Shown piece by piece: positions 10,085 to 19,231 of a stretch of 64,000 nucleotides of DNA. The DNA is taken from NCBI GenBank assembly GCA_000146465.1, contig CP001949.1. The stretch is one strand, 5' to 3'. Below the pieces are notes generated by a model. It ran no database searches and was not told where the DNA came from. It worked only from the letters and a program-made list of their open reading frames with translations. The position numbers and the translations under genes were made by a program. Numbering within the stretch: the stretch's first letter is position 1; every line of letters begins with the position of its first letter.

Positions 10085-11076
10085 CGGACAACAAACAGAT
10101 GGTCCATTGCATCCCGTCTATTCTGGACAATGCATTCGGCAACCCATAGTATGTTCTTTATTTCCTGTTCCTTCATCTTGAAGTACGAATACACACAGCT
10201 AAGGTCTCCATACATTCTAAACGACTCTTGGTACTTTTGAAGCTCGGCCTTTATAAGGACATTCGAGATGTCGGAGTCAAAGTCATAAGTCTCGCTCAAG
10301 ATGGATTTTATGTCATCCAGACTTTCAACATGGGACAAGAGCTCTCGAGTCTTTAGACTCATGGAATGAACGTCGGGAAATAATCTCATTCTCTTTTTTC
10401 CCACTACATCCTTTGAATTGAGCGTGTTTACTGTAATCTCTATTATCTGCCGGTCTCCTTCAAGCTTCAGTATCTCCCTCATATGGTCCATGTCGTCATT
10501 AAGGTTTCTAAATGTCTCCTCAATATGGAACTTGAAAAACAATGTCTGAAGAATTTGGAAGTTGTTTGCAGAAAACTCCTTCTTGAACTTGACCTTTCTC
10601 TCAAATTTCCTTAGAAAGCTGTTTTCTATGCAATATCTCTGGACATCGTCCATATCGTTGGAAAACTTGATTGTTCTCAATGCACTGAAGTCTCCTATTT
10701 CTATCTTCTCGAAGCTTTTCTCAAGGTTTGGATCTTGGAGTTTACACTGAAGAAGATAAAAGAAGTTCTGTATCTTATGGAAGTCCATGTAGTAATCGAG
10801 GATTGTTCTTATACCTTTATCCTCTGCATCGTGGTAATAATTGAAGTCTGATTTTAAGGCTTCTAATAGCTTCTTCTTCAGCTCAGGCTTTGTATAGGCA
10901 ATTCCCTCCGAGAGTCCACGGTATGTCCTCGACAGCTTGATTGCCACTTCTTCCAGGCTCTCACACCTCTTAAGGGCATTGTAATCTTCTTCCTTCAGCA
11001 TCTCTTCCTTTTTCCCATTGATTTCAGATATTATGTATCCATACTTCTCCACATGGTTGAATTGTTTTTCCATGAG
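10081..11076 (-). CDS. VMA6: V-type H+-ATPase V0 sector subunit d
   Basis: C-terminus NILWVAECIVQNRRDAMDHLFV and YNALKRCESLEEVAIKLSRT align to ATP6V0D (NIVWIAECIAQRHR..., YLNLVQCETLEDLKLHLQST). Start placed at MEKQFNHVEKYGY to match the subunit-d N-terminus; ORF track runs to 11187. Confidence 0.8.
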   Translation of the reverse strand, partial: LMEKQFNHVEKYGYIISEINGKKEEMLKEEDYNALKRCESLEEVAIKLSRTYRGLSEGIAYTKPELKKKLLEALKSDFNYYHDAEDKGIRTILDYYMDFHKIQNFFYLLQCKLQDPNLEKSFEKIEIGDFSALRTIKFSNDMDDVQRYCIENSFLRKFERKVKFKKEFSANNFQILQTLFFKFHIEETFRNLNDDMDHMREILKLEGDRQIIEITVNTLNSKDVVGKKRMRLFPDVHSMSLKTRELLSHVESLDDIKSILSETYDFDSDISNVLIKAELQKYQESFRMYGDLSCVYSYFKMKEQEIKNILWVAECIVQNRRDAMDHLFVVR

Positions 11077-11137
11077 TGGGGAAATATGCCAAAATAAATA
11101 TGGTATCTGTCGGTTCATTATGCCCATGCCTCTCAGG

Positions 11138-12073
11138 ATGAACGAAGAACATGTTCTCTGCATGGTGGAGAGCATGGTGGGTGCCAATCAAGGAGAAATG
11201 TATGAAAACAAGGTCTATTCAGTAAGTGATGGAAGCAAAGGAAAGATAGACAAGGCAGCATTAAAGAATAGGCTTCCACAAGGAGACTGGAACTCTCCTT
11301 ACACAGAGATAATGGTGAGAGTAGAGGACGACGTGAAGATATCGGTGCAGAATAGCCCAATATATATCTATGGAGAGTACACAAAGATGGATAGAAACAT
11401 GACACAATCGCCTTTAGTAGTAGAAGGACGACTCAAATGCAATAGGAGCGTGTCGGATTTTAAGTCCCAAGTCAAGGAGTTCTTTCTAGCAGATGATGTT
11501 ATCTTTACTCCTGCAGGAAGAGAAGACTTTGATGTTCGAATGGTTGAAGGAAGGCCCTTTCTCCTTTCTGTAAAAAACCCCCGAAGAAACCTCAGCTTTG
11601 AGAGGTTGAATCTGGCTCTTTATAAAGAAGTCGAAATAAGAAACCTGAGCGTGGTGAGGAAGGAATGCAAGAGCGTGATCTTTGGGGGAGAGAACCAATC
11701 AAACAAAACATACTCTATATTTCTGTGCTGTAAAAAGGAGCTTGCCCTGCAAAACTATTACATAGTGGAACAGAGGACACCACTGAGGGTTCTACACAGA
11801 AGAGCCAATCTGGCCAGGATAAAGAAGGCTTGGATTCTCGAATCGGAAAAGAGAGAGGTTGAAGGGTGGATATATTACCGGATTGTTCTTGAAGCCAGTG
11901 CTGGAATGTACATCAAGGAGTTTGTGAATGGAGACTTTGGAAGGACAGTCCCATCTCTTGGAAGTAAAGAAAACTACTGTGATTTGCTTGAGTTGGATGT
12001 CCTAAGGGTAGAGAAGAAAAGCATAGAAGACTTTTTGGTGAGGAATATTGAGCTAGATGTTACTAGATGCTGA
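11138..12073 (+). CDS. PUS10: tRNA pseudouridine synthase Pus10
   Basis: FTPAGREDFDVRMVEGRPFLLSV and KEFVNGDFGRTVPSLGS match Pus10 catalytic-core motifs. Start moved to the first Met that does not overlap the divergent V-ATPase gene. Confidence 0.75.
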   Translation: MNEEHVLCMVESMVGANQGEMYENKVYSVSDGSKGKIDKAALKNRLPQGDWNSPYTEIMVRVEDDVKISVQNSPIYIYGEYTKMDRNMTQSPLVVEGRLKCNRSVSDFKSQVKEFFLADDVIFTPAGREDFDVRMVEGRPFLLSVKNPRRNLSFERLNLALYKEVEIRNLSVVRKECKSVIFGGENQSNKTYSIFLCCKKELALQNYYIVEQRTPLRVLHRRANLARIKKAWILESEKREVEGWIYYRIVLEASAGMYIKEFVNGDFGRTVPSLGSKENYCDLLELDVLRVEKKSIEDFLVRNIELDVTRC

Positions 12074-12116
12074 CCCACCATAGAACAAATATTTTGAATA
12101 AAAATCTTAACCGTAA

Positions 12117-12695
12117 ATGTCGGAACTGAATGGTCTTGAGGAGAATAAGCTTGACGGAAGTTTGAAAGAAAAAGATGTTGGCAACGACAACTCTGAGAGC
12201 GGAAAGACTTATAAGAGCACTAAGAAGAGAATACTGTCGATGAGAGACGAGAGTAAAGAGAATCCCAAACAAGTTAGGATGAGTTCATATTATGAAAAAA
12301 AGGCTGAAGAGTCTGGGATTCGAGGTGGGGACGAAAAAGGCGGGAAGAATGGTATACTGAAGCAAGCAATATGGAGAAGGGATCTGTCATACATCAGTGA
12401 GTTTCTGTTGAGAAAGGACAGAGGTCTAATGCTGAAAACATTGTCGTATGAAGACAAAGAGGTGCTAGGGGAGATACTCCTTGAATTTGTTGACCAGCCG
12501 TTGCGGATCGAGGCACTGGAGACTATGAGAGAGATTGTTTCGAGCATAAAGAATGTCGGATTATTTATTAGAAAGCTGAAGGAGAGAGCCATTGATTTCT
12601 CAAAGCTGATTTATTTGAAAGGTAAGATCGACTACCTAAGATTTACAGCAGGAAATCAAGAGGAGAAGGAGCCTGAAATAACTGTCAAGGGATAA
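12117..12695 (+). CDS. hypothetical protein (192 aa), basic/acidic, likely nuclear
   Basis: Single clean ORF; no family assigned. Confidence 0.35.
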   Translation: MSELNGLEENKLDGSLKEKDVGNDNSESGKTYKSTKKRILSMRDESKENPKQVRMSSYYEKKAEESGIRGGDEKGGKNGILKQAIWRRDLSYISEFLLRKDRGLMLKTLSYEDKEVLGEILLEFVDQPLRIEALETMREIVSSIKNVGLFIRKLKERAIDFSKLIYLKGKIDYLRFTAGNQEEKEPEITVKG

Positions 12696-12849
12696 CTTTT
12701 GCTCGGCCTTATCTAGTGAGGGGTGAAACACAGTAAAAAGTCCAATGGCGACGTTTATGATATGAAACACGTCTGGATCTGAAAGTACTGGATTGGTTAC
12801 ATGTGTTACAGAATAAATATAAAAGAAGCATTCTCATCTGTATAACAAT

Positions 12850-13173
12850 ATGGCTGACTCAGCAAACGAAAACAACACTTCTGGAGACAGTGGAAACAAC
12901 AAAGCCAAGAGAAACACAATAATCGGAATTATTGTATGTGTGGTTGTTATCACAATTATTCTTGCCATCGGTGCCAAGAGAGGATGGTTTGGAGGAAGCA
13001 ATGGCGGAGCTGGAGGTTCTCCTAAGGGAGGAAAGGTTGGAGATTTGTCTGAATCATCCAAGTCTAAGCTATCTGAATCCAATAAAAAGAACTCAGCCAA
13101 GAGCAGTGGAAAGGAAGATGAAGAAAACAGTACCAGCGGTGGTATGGGGCAGTCTTCCAATCTTTATGGATAA
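12850..13173 (+). CDS. hypothetical small single-pass membrane protein, low complexity
   Basis: One strong TM helix (IIGIIVCVVVITIILAIG) flanked by G/S/K-rich sequence; antisense ORF 12834..13160 rejected. Confidence 0.3.
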   Translation: MADSANENNTSGDSGNNKAKRNTIIGIIVCVVVITIILAIGAKRGWFGGSNGGAGGSPKGGKVGDLSESSKSKLSESNKKNSAKSSGKEDEENSTSGGMGQSSNLYG

Positions 13174-13423
13174 TTGAAGGATGGGAGACAATTAAATTGA
13201 ATCTTCTTTAATTTCTGTTGAGGTATTTCGTATCATAAGTCGTTAAACGGCGGAATGTTGAATCTCTTTTTGATTGTTATTCTTTCCTTTGAGAACTTAT
13301 CTTCGATTGTGAATTTTGCAGGATGAGCACTGAAGCTGTCTTCTTCACTCAGTGTATAGACTCTTTCGCCGTCCTTCAGGCGATAAAACATCTGGGGTAT
13401 TGGAGAAAAGGGTAAAATAGGCA

Positions 13424-14053
13424 GTGCCCTTTAGAGAGCTTCTCATGGCTGCTAAGAAGATGTGGAACATGTTCCTCCTCGGTTTGATATCGACCAATGA
13501 AAAGAAGAGGAAGTTTCTGGATCGGATGCTCTTCCTCCCTGGAAGGCTTACGAGGATTCTCACAGCTATCAAGTCGTTTGATCAGTCGAAAATATTCTTA
13601 AGAAGGGTTTTGAAGAAAGACGCACCGAACTATTACGAGGTAATAAAGAAACCGATGGACTTAAGCATTGTTCAGAAGAAAATAGGGAAGTATAGGTCCT
13701 TTGAGGAGTTCAAGGCCGATCTTAACTTGATTTGGGATAACTGCCTCAAGTTTAATCAGGAGAAGTACTATCGGGATTGTGCTTTCAAGATGAGGGAGGT
13801 GGTGAGTACTTTCGAGATAGAAGTGGTTCCTGTGAAAATGGATTCGGAGTTTGCAATGGGCTCGAATGTCTGGGAGGGCGAGGAAAACCAAGGGCCTGCT
13901 ATCAAGTGGATGATTAGAAGAATGATTGGAAGAGTCCTTCTTCTTTCTGGATATGGGTTTGTTTCTAAAACAGCACTCTGGGTGTTTTGCGATGTCTTTC
14001 AGCACAAAATTCTGGAGATAGTAAAAGAAGAGTGCAAAGAGAATGGTAAGTAG
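13424..14053 (+). CDS. bromodomain-containing protein
   Basis: [49 protein letters not shown] is a canonical bromodomain. Confidence 0.7.
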   Translation: MPFRELLMAAKKMWNMFLLGLISTNEKKRKFLDRMLFLPGRLTRILTAIKSFDQSKIFLRRVLKKDAPNYYEVIKKPMDLSIVQKKIGKYRSFEEFKADLNLIWDNCLKFNQEKYYRDCAFKMREVVSTFEIEVVPVKMDSEFAMGSNVWEGEENQGPAIKWMIRRMIGRVLLLSGYGFVSKTALWVFCDVFQHKILEIVKEECKENGK

Positions 14054-14110
14054 ATGGATCGGAATGAAGGCCAAGTCCTTTAGCCCAGAAGCTTCTATTT
14101 TAAGCTAGGA

Positions 14111-14128
14111 AAAATTTTAACCCTCGAA
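14111..14128 (+). promoter_or_regulatory. upstream AAAATTTT + CCC motif in front of RPL10 ATG
   Basis: AAAATTTTAACCCTCGAA then ATG; same AAATTT-like box + CCC arrangement seen before RPL6 (32479-32497), RPL12 (60421-60450), TRM1 (CCCACCCC-AT-ATG at about 4128-4143), midasin (AAAATTTT at about 43637) and SBDS. Confidence 0.45.
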
Positions 14129-14788
14129 ATGGGAAGAAGGCCAGGAAGGTGCTACAGATATCTGTCGAAGAAGGCATATCCGAAGTCAAGGTTTAACAGA
14201 GGAGTTCCGGACTCCAAAATACAGATTTTCGACCTTGGAAGGCGTAAAGCAGGAGTCCTTGAATTTCCACTACTGGTCAACTGCATCTCAAATGAGAGAG
14301 AGAACCTGTCTGCAGAGGCATTGGAGGCAGCCCGTATATGTGCCAACAAGTATATGGTAAAGCATGCAGGAAAGGACAACTTCCATCTGAGAGTCCGTGT
14401 TTATCCGTTTCATGTTCTTAGGATCAATAAGATGTTGAGCTGTGCAGGAGCCGATAGACTTCAGACAGGAATGAGAGGATCCTTTGGAAAGCCTTATGGA
14501 AGGGCTGCAAGGGTTGTCTTTAACCAGCCTATTCTCAGCATAAGAACAAAGGACACTTTCAAAGATGTGGCCATTGAAGCATTAAGGAGAGCAAAGAACA
14601 AATTCCCTGGACATCAGAAGATCCAGGTTAGCTCGAAGTTTGGATTCACAAACATGTTACGGGATGAATTTACTTCTCTAAACGAGAATGGGAAGATCAT
14701 CCTAAGGGGAGGGTCTTTTTCTGTGGTCAAAGAGAAAGGGAGCATTGACAACTTCAAGAAAAATCTCGAACAAGTTGCCAACAATTAA
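14129..14788 (+). CDS. RPL10: 60S ribosomal protein L10 (uL16)
   Basis: [11 protein letters not shown]...[26 protein letters not shown] is near-identical to eukaryotic uL16. AAAATTTT and CCC upstream of ATG. Confidence 0.9.
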   Translation: MGRRPGRCYRYLSKKAYPKSRFNRGVPDSKIQIFDLGRRKAGVLEFPLLVNCISNERENLSAEALEAARICANKYMVKHAGKDNFHLRVRVYPFHVLRINKMLSCAGADRLQTGMRGSFGKPYGRAARVVFNQPILSIRTKDTFKDVAIEALRRAKNKFPGHQKIQVSSKFGFTNMLRDEFTSLNENGKIILRGGSFSVVKEKGSIDNFKKNLEQVANN

Positions 14789-14865
14789 AACAACAACTTT
14801 CTGTGTGCTTTTCCTGTTTTTCAATTCCCTAGAGCAAGGATAAACAAAATGATTGGGAAGGACCC

Positions 14866-15567
14866 ATGGATTTCAGTCGTGAAAAGCCTGTGACTTTGTT
14901 TTCCAACGAAGGGAATCTAGGCCAGTGTGACAATGCCCTCCGAGCTGCAATTAATGGGAGTTTGTCGATTGGAGCAAGCGCAGGAGATGGAGCTGTTCTG
15001 ATATCCTTTAAGGATGTGCCTCCTCTTGCTATAAAGGAGGAGGTTAAGAAGGTGTTCAAGATATGCGATACAATAGGATGCACTTATTCGGGGCTTCAAC
15101 CTGACTGCAGAATACAGGTTAACATGGGATGCCGGATAGCGGAAGAGTACTACGACGTGTATGGAAGATATCCTGATGTAGATGTATTTACTGCACACTT
15201 CTCTTCCGTTGTGCAAGAGTACACACAGAAGAGTGGATACCGTCCATTTGGAACGCTTATGATATTTGCAGGTCCTGTGAAAGGGGTTCCAAGACTATAC
15301 CAGGTAGATCCCAGTGGGTCTTACCAAACGGCAGATGTATGTTCTTCTGGGATGGGATATAGCGAAGCGAAGAAGTTTGTTAAGAGAAGGCTGGAGAGTC
15401 TTGATGACAACATGGTCAACTGTGTGTCCTCTGTGAGGGAATTTGCGGGGAAAGAAGTGGGTCCTGAGGATATTGACATAGGAGTGTATTACAAGGACAA
15501 GAATGTATTTAAGACATTCACTCTTGATGAAGTTAAGGAAGTGTTCGACTCTCTGGGCAAGAACTAA
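14866..15567 (+). CDS. proteasome alpha-type subunit (divergent)
   Basis: N-terminal pattern VTLFSNEGNLGQCDNALRAAINGSLSIGASAGDGAVLIS follows the alpha-subunit ...FSPDGRLFQVEYA..A...G.T..G...D.VVL pattern; size about 233 aa. Confidence 0.65.
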   Translation: MDFSREKPVTLFSNEGNLGQCDNALRAAINGSLSIGASAGDGAVLISFKDVPPLAIKEEVKKVFKICDTIGCTYSGLQPDCRIQVNMGCRIAEEYYDVYGRYPDVDVFTAHFSSVVQEYTQKSGYRPFGTLMIFAGPVKGVPRLYQVDPSGSYQTADVCSSGMGYSEAKKFVKRRLESLDDNMVNCVSSVREFAGKEVGPEDIDIGVYYKDKNVFKTFTLDEVKEVFDSLGKN

Positions 15568-15623
15568 TAACTTTTTGAAATAAACTTCTCTGAGTATCTG
15601 GGTTTTTAATATTCACGGCTGTT

Positions 15624-16814
15624 ATGCTCCACGAGGCCAGGGCCCATATGGAAAGGGTCGAGAAAGAGATTTCTAGAAAGATAGATTTGTGTCTTTACGG
15701 CGAAGCACTTCAACTAATCCATTCTTTCCCTTTGTCATATGAATCTGGAATAAGTATCTATCCCTACAAAGGGTATGTTCTATATCTTCAAAGAAGATAC
15801 GAAGAATCTGTTACTTTTCTAAAAGATCTTCTGAAGAGGTTTCCATCTAATATCAAGGCCAAGAGATTCTTGTATCTAGGACTTCTAACTCTAGGAGACT
15901 TCGGTTCATCTTTTAGAATTGCAAAAGAATGCTGGATTGATGGGGATTATAGAAGGTCTACACTCATCCGGATACTGGCACATTCTTTTGTGCTCAAGGA
16001 TTTTGATTTCCTTGGGAGGCTCGACATGCACTGCGATGAGCCTCTACTCCTGTCAATGGGTTATATATACTCTGGAGAGTTAGAGCGGGCAGTGGAGTTA
16101 ATGAGAAAGATCAACGATTCCCACGGCTCGGAAATATATCTTGACTCGCTGATTTCTGCCAAGACTAGGTCTGTATATATGCTGGATTATGTAAGGTACT
16201 TGGATGAGGAGATTTTCATCAAGGCAATAGAGAGTCTTGAAAACAAACTGAAGGTATTTGAAGGAGTCGAAGGAGAGGGATGTGATTATGTGGACAGTAA
16301 AGTATTACGTATAGCGAAGAAGGTGCTAAGTAGAGGGGAGTACGAAGTTGTAGAGAAAAATATTTACCATGGAAAGAAAATGAAACATTGCTGCCAAAAG
16401 GAATGTGTAATAGGAAAACTTAGAGCCAGAGCAGAAGAGGATATGCTACTCCCTAAAAAGGGTTTTCGGAAACCAAAAGGGAGATACTCCGAGCTAGAAG
16501 GTATATTTGAAGAGATAAGAAATGGAAACATAGAACATGGATTGGAGAGCTTGAAAAGAACATATGGGAAAGAAACGATTGGCGATCTCGAGAAACACTT
16601 AAAAGATGGGCAAAACATACTTGTCCTGAACGAAGTAAAAGAGTCCTATTTGAGGTACAGAAAGAAAGAGAAGGCATTACATTATGCCAAGCTTGAGAAA
16701 GAAGCACAGTCGTTGCGTGTGCGAGACACAATTGAATGTCTGGAGAAGCTCATGGACGAAAGCATGGTTAGAGAGATTATTGAATTTCTTGAATTAGATT
16801 TATTTGATAAGTAA
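15624..16814 (+). CDS. hypothetical protein, helical/TPR-like
   Basis: Single long ORF; no diagnostic motif. Confidence 0.4.
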   Translation: MLHEARAHMERVEKEISRKIDLCLYGEALQLIHSFPLSYESGISIYPYKGYVLYLQRRYEESVTFLKDLLKRFPSNIKAKRFLYLGLLTLGDFGSSFRIAKECWIDGDYRRSTLIRILAHSFVLKDFDFLGRLDMHCDEPLLLSMGYIYSGELERAVELMRKINDSHGSEIYLDSLISAKTRSVYMLDYVRYLDEEIFIKAIESLENKLKVFEGVEGEGCDYVDSKVLRIAKKVLSRGEYEVVEKNIYHGKKMKHCCQKECVIGKLRARAEEDMLLPKKGFRKPKGRYSELEGIFEEIRNGNIEHGLESLKRTYGKETIGDLEKHLKDGQNILVLNEVKESYLRYRKKEKALHYAKLEKEAQSLRVRDTIECLEKLMDESMVREIIEFLELDLFDK

Positions 16815-16857
16815 ATCTCGTGCTTATCCACCGCCTGGGAAGATAGTAGGACATCGA

Positions 16858-18459
16858 TTATTTCTTCTCAAGGAACACAGAAGGTACCGGCATTCCATCG
16901 ACAATAAGGTGGCATATGTATCTAGCAAAGCTTTCATCTGCACAGTCATTAAGAAACAATTCTATGCCTTCGTCGTTGGAATAGCTAAGCTTTTCTATCT
17001 TACAATAGGGACCCATCATGGAAGAAAGATATACCCACTTGTCTGTGTCGAGGAGTTCCTTGTTCAACTTTGCAAGGTAGAATGTGACAAGGGGATAGAT
17101 GTACACAAGGCAGGAGAATATGGACTCTATAGCCGGGCGAGGGCCCTTATCAATGGAGATAAGCTTGATGCAGGCATCATGAAATCTATCTAAAAACCCA
17201 GCATCTATAAGCATAGAGAACTTGGACTGGTCTTTGATTGCTGATGAGAGAAATATTGTAAGGGAAATCAAGAGAGGTATATGATCCGGGTTTCCAAAGA
17301 ACAGGTCTATAAGTGTGAAATAAACTTCTTTTTGGAATATCTCATCCATAAGGAGATCCAGCTGTCCCACCATTAGTCTTATGTAGAGGACTAGCTTGGA
17401 GTCCACTCTTTTGAATTCGGGAACTTCTAGCTTAGGGCATCTCCGAGAACAATTTAGGATCTCAATTATGTCGTATATTTGCTTGAATTCCGAATACGAC
17501 TCCTCTTTAAGGAACATAGAAATGAGCTTTTCTCCCCCAGACACTATCTCGTCGTGGAAGAAATCTTCTTCATCGCTGGACATCGACCCGCTGTCGTCGC
17601 CTATCCAGTCTGCAAGAAGCAACATCTTTAATGCAACATAACACTTTCTTTCGATAAGGACAGACACAGGACGTGAGTCCTTCAGCAGCATGGCCAGCTT
17701 CTGCATGTTAAGGCCCTTCAGCCCAAGCAGAATCGAAAAGAGATTCAATGCCGGTTCAAACCAAAGTAAACCCAGAAAGGAGTTGACAAAGCGACCATCA
17801 AGAGCCTCTGTCATGTAATGGGGATGGATCCGAAAGTGAAAAGCTAGAACCTCAAAAAAGTATGCAAGAACCTTTGACGTGGAGTTGAAAACAAAATATT
17901 CCAAATCTTCCTCATCTCCGAAGTATTCGCTGATTTCGAAATTTCTGAGAATTTCCCTTGTCTTTGTTCTATCATCTGAATCTTCTGTATCCGAAGTGTT
18001 TTCCCGGAATTCTCCAACAGATCCAAATAAAGCATCCTTGCTTCTTCTTATCCATTCCTCTTTCGTCATAGGATACACGCATTCGGAAGAGCATCCCAAG
18101 GAACGGCTCGAGGCATCTTCAATTGAGAGATCTCCTCTATTCCCCTCGTCCCCACCAGAGCCATTGCTTCCAAAGTCAATTATCCGTATGAAAACACTCA
18201 TCTTCTGATAGAACGCAAAGTTGAATCGGCTATTTTCTGTGCATAAGCATTCGCTAACAAGAGCAATGTCTCGGAAATAGCAGAAGTTAAACACAAGATA
18301 GTCCAAGTGGTAGATCATGTAATTTGTAATCATTGGCTTTTTAAGCTTGAACTGTGTTAAAGATCTTTGGAGAATGTTATGGAATCGCTTCTGGTCCACG
18401 TCAGGATACATCGAACTATTCCCCATCAATTCCAAATTTGATGGGCTTTTCCTTCTCAC
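16858..18459 (-). CDS. hypothetical protein (533 aa)
   Basis: Long ORF with acidic Ser-rich patches; family unknown. Antisense ORFs on + strand rejected. Confidence 0.4.
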   Translation of the reverse strand: MRRKSPSNLELMGNSSMYPDVDQKRFHNILQRSLTQFKLKKPMITNYMIYHLDYLVFNFCYFRDIALVSECLCTENSRFNFAFYQKMSVFIRIIDFGSNGSGGDEGNRGDLSIEDASSRSLGCSSECVYPMTKEEWIRRSKDALFGSVGEFRENTSDTEDSDDRTKTREILRNFEISEYFGDEEDLEYFVFNSTSKVLAYFFEVLAFHFRIHPHYMTEALDGRFVNSFLGLLWFEPALNLFSILLGLKGLNMQKLAMLLKDSRPVSVLIERKCYVALKMLLLADWIGDDSGSMSSDEEDFFHDEIVSGGEKLISMFLKEESYSEFKQIYDIIEILNCSRRCPKLEVPEFKRVDSKLVLYIRLMVGQLDLLMDEIFQKEVYFTLIDLFFGNPDHIPLLISLTIFLSSAIKDQSKFSMLIDAGFLDRFHDACIKLISIDKGPRPAIESIFSCLVYIYPLVTFYLAKLNKELLDTDKWVYLSSMMGPYCKIEKLSYSNDEGIELFLNDCADESFARYICHLIVDGMPVPSVFLEKK

Positions 18460-18471
18460 AATAAAACATAA

Positions 18472-19191
18472 CTAGCATATCTCTTCATCTTCGGGCTCTT
18501 CTCTTCTTAATATCAAATATCTTACCTTCTCTTCTTCACATATTTCCTTGAACTTAGGGAAGCACTCGCTTCTTATAATCACGTAGCCATCATGCACTTC
18601 TCCATTCCTCCTAGCAAACTCCATAATCTTATCATTTCCTCCAACACTGACTCTTATTCCAACCCTTTCAAATCCTATCTTCTCCAGCTTGCTCAGTATC
18701 TCTTGGGACTGCTTCTTACTATTTCCGATGTATATGTTGTGCACTTTGTTTATCGCCTCCCTCAAAGAAGCCTCATTAAGATGCCTTCCCCCTCTAGTCA
18801 CTTTGTTCCGAAGAAACTCAATAATCTCCCGCTCCGTCTTTTCTTGCTCGTAAGCCCTAGTCACTTCACTCTTCTGTTCGTGTCCACTATTCAATATTTC
18901 AAGAACTATCTCTTCGTGCGTCTTATTAAATAAGTCCAGATCCGCTTGCTTAGCTATCTCTCCCTTTGACACACTCCGATAAATCGTATCCGTAAGAAGA
19001 ATCTCGCTCAAAGGTGTTGCCATTCCATTTCTATATTCGTAAAGCTTGTTGGGGTAAACTCCTAGTTCATACTTCCTCCCAAACTTTCTAAGAGCAATGA
19101 CACTAACATTCACCAGCTTCTTTTGGTTCAGCGGTGTGAACATCGTGGGCAGAGGGTCGCCCAGACACAAAACTTTAGAAAAACTAAACAC
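18472..19191 (-). CDS. SDO1: ribosome maturation factor SBDS/Sdo1
   Basis: TNVSVIALRKFGRKYELGVYPNKLYEYRNG aligns to SBDS [30 protein letters not shown]. Likely start at MFTPLNQ (about 19146), with CCC just upstream. Confidence 0.8.
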   Translation of the reverse strand: MFSFSKVLCLGDPLPTMFTPLNQKKLVNVSVIALRKFGRKYELGVYPNKLYEYRNGMATPLSEILLTDTIYRSVSKGEIAKQADLDLFNKTHEEIVLEILNSGHEQKSEVTRAYEQEKTEREIIEFLRNKVTRGGRHLNEASLREAINKVHNIYIGNSKKQSQEILSKLEKIGFERVGIRVSVGGNDKIMEFARRNGEVHDGYVIIRSECFPKFKEICEEEKVRYLILRREEPEDEEIC

Positions 19192-19231
19192 TGAAAAGCT
19201 TTATCAAGAGAGGAATCTTCCAAACCAAGAT

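Noticed and set aside
14046-14100. GTAAGT immediately after the bromodomain gene stop (gaaTGGTAAGTAG...), considered as a possible 3' intron
   Set aside because: TAA falls in frame as a normal stop directly before it. No downstream exon restores a conserved C-terminus. The RPL10 promoter box and ATG follow within 80 nt. Microsporidian introns are almost always 5'-proximal.
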